Shown here: in pieces, positions 57,914 to 64,000 of the stretch
Numbering within the stretch: position 1 is the first letter of the stretch
Layout: each line of letters opens with the position of its first letter
Origin: a virus
DNA length: 64,000 nucleotides
IMG/VR virus record: IMGVR_UViG_3300037245_003482
Span: 10,015-74,014 of that record
Reading direction: 5' to 3' (one strand)
Position numbers and translations under genes: made by a program
Notes under the pieces: generated by a model
What the model was told of the DNA's origin: nothing
Databases searched by the model: none
Seen by the model: only the letters and a program-made list of their open reading frames with translations

Positions 57914-60256
57914 ATGATTCTCCAAGAAATACTCACTAAATTTGGCCTTGTGACAGATAAAGCTGAACTGGCACAATGGCAGAAGGGGGTCGATAAGGCG
58001 ATTAAAAGCGTGGTGAAGCTTAATAAAGTATATAAAGAATTTCAACAAAGGACTAAGAGGAAATTAGGGAAAGGATTACAGGGCTTAGGTGGCTTAGGTG
58101 GACCAAGTGTACCAGGTGGTAAAGGCCCTTCAACACCAAGGGGCCCAATACCAGGGTTAAAACCGATGCAAGAGGGTATTGACAAAGCTAATGAGGGCCT
58201 TGGTAAGCTTGATAAAAAATATAAAGTTTTTCGTAAAAGAGTAAATAAAAAAATAGGCACTGGGTTGAAGGGGTTTGCTAATAAGCTTGACAGGTTTTCC
58301 CGTGGGGCTGAATTTAAGTTCCGCAGGATATTAAAACCAATGCGCCAAATGGGTCGTCATATACCTATATTAGGCACTTTGCTTTCAGGTTTGACACCCG
58401 CAGGCATAGCGGCCATGGCCGCTATATGGGGGGTTGTAAAGGCTGTGCAGGCATTGACCTCTGCTGTCCGTAAATACCTGGATTTTGAAAAAGGCATGAA
58501 AAATGTCCAGCGTGTTGTATTGGGTACAGCCAAAGATATGGAGCGCCTTTCAAAAGCATCCCTTAAAGCAGGTGAAGCTTCTATTTTCACAGCAGCACAG
58601 GCAGCAGAAGCAGCCCAATTCCTATCACAGGCAGGGCTTAGTGTTGAACAAACTATTGCAGCCCTTCCTGGCACCCTACAACTGGCAGCAGCAGCCAATA
58701 TGGATTTGGCACAAAGTGCAAAGGCCGCCACTGATATAATGAGTTCACAGGGGCTGAAAATTAAGGATTTAACCCGGGTTAATGACATGCTGGTGGCCAG
58801 TGCTAAAAATGCCACACAGGATGTTGCAGGGTTTGCTGCAGGGTTTGCCACAGTTGGCAATGAAGCTGCATTGGCTGCATTGGATATAGAAACTGTAGGT
58901 GCAGCACTTGGTATTTTGGCAAAACAAGGACAAAAAGACCAATTGGGTGGTACTCTTTTCCGTAACCTCTTGGCAGAATCAAAACGAAAGAAATTTAAAA
59001 AAGCATTAAAAGATGTTGGTATTGACCTTAAGGATTTCATGAATTTGGGCACAGGTGAATTCAAGGATTTTACAGGCTTCATTCAAAAATTAGCAACCCT
59101 GAACAAGCAAGATTTATTTGCATTTACCCAGAAAGGTTTTGCACAGGCCTCCCGTGGTAAACGTGCACTTTTATCCCTGGTTAACCTTTCCGACCTTTTT
59201 GTTGCTAATTTGGGGAAAATAAGGGATTCATCAGGCATTGCAGAAAAAGCAGCTGCAGTAGCCTTTACAGGGCTTTCTGGCCAGATTGCCTTACTCAAAA
59301 GTAAAATGGAAATTGCTGCTATTTCTTTTGTAAAAGACTCGGGACTGGGTGCCATTGCTGAAGACCTTGTTGCAGTATTGGTGCAAATATTACCTCCCTT
59401 AATTAAGGGTTTAGGTGCCGTTTTATCCCCTATAGGGGCCATGATTAGTGCTATAACATCTTTGGTGCGCCTAATAGCAACTATTGGAGGTGGGGCATTA
59501 AAACCCATTGTAAATGTTGCGTCTGGCTTACTAAGTCTAATAGGTAAATTATTGTCTCCATTTGGCACTATAATGGGCAAAATATTAAGTGGTTTTGAAA
59601 CAATCTTTACTGTAATGAGTGACCTGGAAGACGGCCCAATGTCGGGCCTAATGAGCCAATTGGATAAGTGGGCTGATGGCTGGTCTGCATGGGCACATAA
59701 CATACTACGAGAGATTAACCCATTTTTAGAAATGTTAGATTTAGTTATTAATGCGTTCCTATTTGATTTCCCTTTAGCAGCTAAAGCTTTCAATAAAGAA
59801 CTAAGTAAATTAGCAGAAGATAGTTTCTTTTTCAAAGCAATGAAATTTATTATTGGGGATGTGAGTACCCCAACAAAAGAAGGGGCAAAAGAAACTGGTA
59901 CTGGGGGCGTGCAAAACCCATTTACCCGCACTATTGCAGATGCTGCAGTAATTATTGGGGCAACAGGGAAAACACTGGAAAAAGCAGGTGACTTTATTAC
60001 TGCTGGGTTTACCCAATTTGGTGAATTTATAACTAAGAACCCAATGTTATTGACACCAGGTGCAGGTGGTTTTGGCCCACCACCTGTAGCAGGGGAATCT
60101 TCCTCTTCTAGTAGTAGGGTAGTAACAGTAGGTGATATAAACACCACAGTTGTACTGCCTGAAGGTGCTAATGTGGAAGACCCTGAAAGTTTTCTAGACC
60201 AAATAGGTGATGCTATATCTACCCAAATGCGTGATTTATTTAGGGAGGGTGAATAA
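57914..60256 (+). CDS. tape measure protein (TP901-type core)
   Basis: DFEKGMKNV, FTAAQAAEA..FLSQAG and LPGTLQLAAA. Confidence 0.9.
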   Translation: MILQEILTKFGLVTDKAELAQWQKGVDKAIKSVVKLNKVYKEFQQRTKRKLGKGLQGLGGLGGPSVPGGKGPSTPRGPIPGLKPMQEGIDKANEGLGKLDKKYKVFRKRVNKKIGTGLKGFANKLDRFSRGAEFKFRRILKPMRQMGRHIPILGTLLSGLTPAGIAAMAAIWGVVKAVQALTSAVRKYLDFEKGMKNVQRVVLGTAKDMERLSKASLKAGEASIFTAAQAAEAAQFLSQAGLSVEQTIAALPGTLQLAAAANMDLAQSAKAATDIMSSQGLKIKDLTRVNDMLVASAKNATQDVAGFAAGFATVGNEAALAALDIETVGAALGILAKQGQKDQLGGTLFRNLLAESKRKKFKKALKDVGIDLKDFMNLGTGEFKDFTGFIQKLATLNKQDLFAFTQKGFAQASRGKRALLSLVNLSDLFVANLGKIRDSSGIAEKAAAVAFTGLSGQIALLKSKMEIAAISFVKDSGLGAIAEDLVAVLVQILPPLIKGLGAVLSPIGAMISAITSLVRLIATIGGGALKPIVNVASGLLSLIGKLLSPFGTIMGKILSGFETIFTVMSDLEDGPMSGLMSQLDKWADGWSAWAHNILREINPFLEMLDLVINAFLFDFPLAAKAFNKELSKLAEDSFFFKAMKFIIGDVSTPTKEGAKETGTGGVQNPFTRTIADAAVIIGATGKTLEKAGDFITAGFTQFGEFITKNPMLLTPGAGGFGPPPVAGESSSSSSRVVTVGDINTTVVLPEGANVEDPESFLDQIGDAISTQMRDLFREGE

Positions 60257-60945
60257 TGGCACTACCAGGAGAATGGGCAAACTTTTTCCTACCCGCCCAT
60301 ATGTTTGCAGGGAGGAATCGTAAATGGAATATTGATGCCTCTGCCACAGAAAGCACCATAATTACTTTTGATATACTTTTACAAGAATCACATGGATGGA
60401 ATATTAAGGCCAGCACACACCCAGTTGAACAGGGGCGCCCTTTTACAGATCACACAGAGGAAATGCTGCGTAAAGGGTCTATGAAGGCCTACATTACCAA
60501 TTTTGGGCTTAAAAGACCTAATTTATTGTTGGACGTTGCTACAGGTGGGGGCACACAATTACTGGGTGGGCAAACTGCAAAAAATGCAGCACAGGATGTT
60601 TTTGACCGATTAGAAGCCTACAGGGAAAACGTGGAGCCTGTTAATATTGTTACATCCCTTAAATGGTATAAAGATTACATAATAACCAGCTGCAAGGCAG
60701 TGCGCACAGGCAAAACAGGGGAAGCCCAGGCATTTGATTTGACTTTCCAGGAATTCAGAACAGTGCAACTAAAATCAGCTAATGTACAAACGGCACAGGT
60801 AAAAAGATCGGGTGAGCAGGAACTGAAAGACAGCGATAAAGCCAAACGAACCAGCCCCAATGCAAATACGGGGGAACAGAAACCCAAACGTCTTTTTAGT
60901 TTTAAAGAATATACTAAACGCCCAGACGTTTTCCAGGGGGGTTGA
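60256..60945 (+). CDS. tail tube initiator / baseplate hub-associated protein
   Basis: ESHG...STHPVEQG...TDH...IVTSL..Y...FQE. Confidence 0.7.
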   Translation: MALPGEWANFFLPAHMFAGRNRKWNIDASATESTIITFDILLQESHGWNIKASTHPVEQGRPFTDHTEEMLRKGSMKAYITNFGLKRPNLLLDVATGGGTQLLGGQTAKNAAQDVFDRLEAYRENVEPVNIVTSLKWYKDYIITSCKAVRTGKTGEAQAFDLTFQEFRTVQLKSANVQTAQVKRSGEQELKDSDKAKRTSPNANTGEQKPKRLFSFKEYTKRPDVFQGG

Positions 60946-61304
60946 TTATGGATATTTTACCAGTATTTCAAAATATTTCATCTGATTTTACCATTAATTT
61001 TTTGGTAGAAGACACCCGTATCCAATTAAGATTTATGTGGAATATTTTAACTGGTTACTGGATGGTTAATGAATACTTGGAACCTGATACAGGCAAAAGG
61101 GCCACAGGCATCAAAGTAATACCTGAATACCCATTAACTGAAAATATAACAAAAAGTATACAAGGGGCCCTTGTAGTTTTTAAGACAGATAAAAATGCAT
61201 CCCGTGATATAACATATGAAAATTTTGGCAATGGTTGGGACCTTTTATATTTAACACCTGAAGAATATGAAGAATGGGAGGCAGTAGTTGGCTTATCTAC
61301 GTAA
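60942..61304 (+). CDS. small baseplate protein
   Basis: Synteny; LRFMWN...YW...FGNGWDLLY. Confidence 0.65.
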   Translation: MIMDILPVFQNISSDFTINFLVEDTRIQLRFMWNILTGYWMVNEYLEPDTGKRATGIKVIPEYPLTENITKSIQGALVVFKTDKNASRDITYENFGNGWDLLYLTPEEYEEWEAVVGLST

Positions 61305-62145
61305 AGTTATATTAACAGCTGGGGACAGTGTGGATGGGGCCATAATAAGTGACCTGCATATTAAGTTTGAGGTAGTTCGGGACCGCACGTTTAAGGCCAA
61401 TAATGCCAAAATAAAAATATATAACCCAGCTGAAAGCACCATTAATAACATTTTGAAAGAAGGCAACAGTATTGTACTTGAGGCAGGGTATGAGGACGAG
61501 GGCACAGGGGTTATTTACATTGGGCAAATAACATCTTCAATACCAAGGTACCCAGGTACTGATGTTATAGTTGAGATTGAAAGCAACAGTTTACAAGGTG
61601 ATTCTGAAAAACTGCAGGCAGTTACCCTATCCCTTACTTATGCACCAGGGAACTATTTGAAAGGGGTACTTGAAAATATTGCCAAAATTATGAACCTGGC
61701 TGTATATGGTATTGATGAAGTTTCAAAAGTATTGCTACCTAATGGTTATGTATTTACAGGCACACCAAAAGCAGCCCTAAAATATTGCCGGGAAATATTG
61801 GAAAAAGACGGCCTAATTGTTTACATTGATAATAATTCGATAATTATTTCTAAAGAAGTAAACCCACCACAAGTTACCACTGTGGAACTAATACCTGCAA
61901 GCGGCTTATTATCTGCCAGTAAAATGAAAACAACAAAAGACAAGGGAAAGGAAGACGAGAAAAAGCTTGCAAATAAAATAGTGTTTAAATCCATTTTAAA
62001 CCCCAATGTGGGACCAAATGTATTTTTGAGCGTTGATAACTTACGGGATATTAAAGGGCTTTATGTGGTTGATAAATGCACTTTTACAGGTGCTAATTTT
62101 GGTACCGCCCCTTACACAGTGCGTGGGGAGGCAATTGAAGGATGA
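61288..62145 (+). CDS. baseplate hub protein
   Basis: NNAKIKIYN, LEAGY, IYIGQI, SGLL and ILNP. Confidence 0.8.
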   Translation: MAYLRKVILTAGDSVDGAIISDLHIKFEVVRDRTFKANNAKIKIYNPAESTINNILKEGNSIVLEAGYEDEGTGVIYIGQITSSIPRYPGTDVIVEIESNSLQGDSEKLQAVTLSLTYAPGNYLKGVLENIAKIMNLAVYGIDEVSKVLLPNGYVFTGTPKAALKYCREILEKDGLIVYIDNNSIIISKEVNPPQVTTVELIPASGLLSASKMKTTKDKGKEDEKKLANKIVFKSILNPNVGPNVFLSVDNLRDIKGLYVVDKCTFTGANFGTAPYTVRGEAIEG

Positions 62146-62795
62146 TGGAACATTATACACTTGCTGATTTACCTACATTCATAAGCCGCATGATTTATGA
62201 TCTGCATTGTATGGTGCCTGCTAAAATCGAAGAATATAATAAAGTAACAAGGCGCGCAAAAATTACCCCATTGGTTAAATACATCACATGGAAAGGGCAA
62301 GAAGTGGAATTAGGTACTATAACTGATGTGCCTGTGTTATTTATTGGTGGTAGTGCGTTTGTAATTGATATTGAATACGTGGAAGGGGATAATGTTTGGG
62401 TTGGTTTTGCTGATTATGGCATAGGTGGATATAAAGCTTCTGATGGGGTAACCGTGCCACCTGCGGATGACAAAGCAGCACATAGGCTTACTAATGCAGT
62501 GGTAATTGGTGGCATTAATCCAGAAGGCATTGATTTAGCACCTGCCCCTAAAATAGCAGTAGACAAAGACGGGAATATTGTAATAACAAATAATAATGCA
62601 GAAATAAGGATGAGCAAAGATGGCAAAATAGGCATTGCAGGTGTTTCAGAAGAACTTATTGCTATTTTGTCTGAATTTTTAGAAACACTTTCAACCTCCA
62701 CAGTGATAACAGGCATAGGGGCACAACCATTTACAACTGATGCCATCACTAACTTTACAGCACTTAAAACACGATTGGATACAATAAAGGAGTAA
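62142..62795 (+). CDS. baseplate central spike (Gp138-like OB fold)
   Basis: VPAKIEEY, DVPVLF, GDNVWVGF and HRLTNAVVI. Confidence 0.8.
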   Translation: MMEHYTLADLPTFISRMIYDLHCMVPAKIEEYNKVTRRAKITPLVKYITWKGQEVELGTITDVPVLFIGGSAFVIDIEYVEGDNVWVGFADYGIGGYKASDGVTVPPADDKAAHRLTNAVVIGGINPEGIDLAPAPKIAVDKDGNIVITNNNAEIRMSKDGKIGIAGVSEELIAILSEFLETLSTSTVITGIGAQPFTTDAITNFTALKTRLDTIKE

Positions 62796-62798
62796 CTT

Positions 62799-63104
62799 AT
62801 GGCATTAAATTCAAGTAATTGTGCAAGCGAAATAGTGACTGCTTTAGAAAATGCAGGTAATTTATCGGGGTTAGATACTGCAGCCAAAAATAAATTGACT
62901 ACTGATTTAGGCCTTTTTGTGGGTGCTCTATTTGACCATATCGTAAGTAATATGGAAGTTGTAACTACTTTAGATACAAGCCTTAATTCAATATTTACAG
63001 GCGGGGCACCTGTACCAACAGACGGGGGCCTGGCTTTGCAAACAGCCTGGAAAACTGCAACAGTAGCCGGGGTTGCTGATGACGCTTCAGGGACGGTGGC
63101 ATAA
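62799..63104 (+). CDS. hypothetical baseplate-region protein
   Basis: AGGAG RBS; follows the spike. Confidence 0.6.
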   Translation: MALNSSNCASEIVTALENAGNLSGLDTAAKNKLTTDLGLFVGALFDHIVSNMEVVTTLDTSLNSIFTGGAPVPTDGGLALQTAWKTATVAGVADDASGTVA

Positions 63105-63490
63105 TGCGTAATTTTAAAGTAGACCCAGTTACTGGTGACCTTGCCAAAGCAGGGGGTAATTTCGTAGTGGTAGAAGATGTGGCACCTGCTAATTTAGCTG
63201 CAATGGCCCAAATGATTAATACAGGGCTGCAAACTAATACAGGTGAAATATACCAGGACCCTGATTTAGGCCTACCAATTACAGATATATTAGTACGTAA
63301 AGACATTGATTTAGATTTTAAAAACAGCATCATAAAAGAATATGTGCGCAGTTTCGCTTTCGTGAAGGATATTACCAAGTATGAAACATCATATATAGGG
63401 GAAGACCATGAACGGGAATTAGTTATTGACATGGAAATAAGGTCCGACCAAGGCGTATTTCCAGTGCAAGTAAATGTAGGGGAAGTTTAA
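63104..63490 (+). CDS. baseplate wedge subunit (gp25/sheath-initiator-like)
   Basis: TGDL...LQTNTGE...DLGLP; synteny. Confidence 0.7.
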   Translation: MRNFKVDPVTGDLAKAGGNFVVVEDVAPANLAAMAQMINTGLQTNTGEIYQDPDLGLPITDILVRKDIDLDFKNSIIKEYVRSFAFVKDITKYETSYIGEDHERELVIDMEIRSDQGVFPVQVNVGEV

Positions 63491-63491
63491 A

Positions 63492-64000
63492 ATGGCCATT
63501 ATTGACGATTCAGGATTTCAAAAAGAAAGCTATGAAGATTGGCTTATTAAAGTACAGCAGTTAGTTATTATTGAAGATGGACCAGAAGCGGACTTGACCC
63601 CTACTGGGCCCTGGGGGCAAATTATTTCTGTTGGAAGCCGTTTAGGTTCCACTAGTGATGATGTTGCTGAAGAGTCTTATTTAGCACGTGACCCGGATAA
63701 TGCCACCGGGGCAGCGGCTACTAAGCTCGCAGGACAGACAGGAACTTACAGGATACCAGCAACCTTCACCCAGGTAGATAATGGACTACTTAGGGGTAAT
63801 GAAGGTACTGTGGTGCCTGTGAGTTCTGAAGTCACCCAGGGCCCTGATCATTTACCACCCGAAAATTTAAGGTTCCTTTTAACCGAAACCGTTACAATTA
63901 CAAAAAGCGTGTGCCGTAGAATAATAGTAGAGGCAGATGAAAACAGTGGCGCAGGTTTTACTTATTTAATAACTTTGGATACTATATTGTACACCTTTAC
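63492..64000 (+). CDS. baseplate J-like protein (truncated by window edge)
   Basis: Absent from the ORF track. Hand translation: MAIIDDSGFQKESY...DLTPTGPWGQII...DPDNATG...RIPAT...GNEGTVVP. Confidence 0.8.
   Translation, partial: MAIIDDSGFQKESYEDWLIKVQQLVIIEDGPEADLTPTGPWGQIISVGSRLGSTSDDVAEESYLARDPDNATGAAATKLAGQTGTYRIPATFTQVDNGLLRGNEGTVVPVSSEVTQGPDHLPPENLRFLLTETVTITKSVCRRIIVEADENSGAGFTYLITLDTILYTF

Noticed and set aside
58357-60147. Long antisense ORFs (for example 59083-60147, 58357-59082, 1018-1857, 48074-48802)
   Set aside because: Shadows of well-supported genes on the opposite strand, with no motifs or RBS.
1-64000. CRISPR array, integrase/att site, IS element, or DGR/retron reverse transcriptase
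   Set aside because: No regularly spaced repeats and no recombinase, transposase or reverse transcriptase motifs seen. The repeated motifs are dispersed promoters.
1-64000. Stop-codon reassignment
   Set aside because: Core genes are intact in the standard code, and TAA, TGA and TAG all end genes, often in coupled overlaps.

Overview
The whole window is a segment of a contractile-tailed (myovirus-type) dsDNA phage genome read in the standard genetic code. No integrase, repressor, CRISPR array or host gene is visible. Bases 1-16.3 kb (minus strand) encode a nearly self-sufficient replication and recombination set: SbcD-like and half-SbcC-like proteins, RuvC, RecA, SSB, a UvsY-like protein, a DnaX-like clamp loader, a UDG-fused family A polymerase, a beta-clamp, MazG, ThyA, a HAD hydrolase and two DNA methyltransferases. 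The same arm carries an acyl carrier protein and an unlisted 59-aa stand-alone class III RNR glycyl-radical domain. Bases 16.4-46 kb (mostly plus strand) hold primase, SNF2 and DnaB helicases, two sigma-like genes, widely separated TerS and TerL, an RlmN/Cfr-like radical-SAM enzyme and many small hypothetical genes. Bases 46.2-64 kb are the head, neck, tail and baseplate module. The best novelty candidates are: (1) a set of unannotated structured RNAs (about 550 nt at 19.1-19.65 kb, 186 nt at 40.39-40.57 kb next to an odd tRNA-Ile(UAU)-like gene, and about 90-95 nt at 35.28 and 37.33 kb), three of which follow copies of a 13-copy TATAATAGGGG promoter motif and lie near the RlmN-like RNA methylase; (2) a terminal [G/S/P]LF motif on six proteins that may be a phage-specific sliding-clamp docking code; (3) the mini glycyl-radical domain and the ACP. 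All family assignments come from motif recognition by eye, not from database searches.
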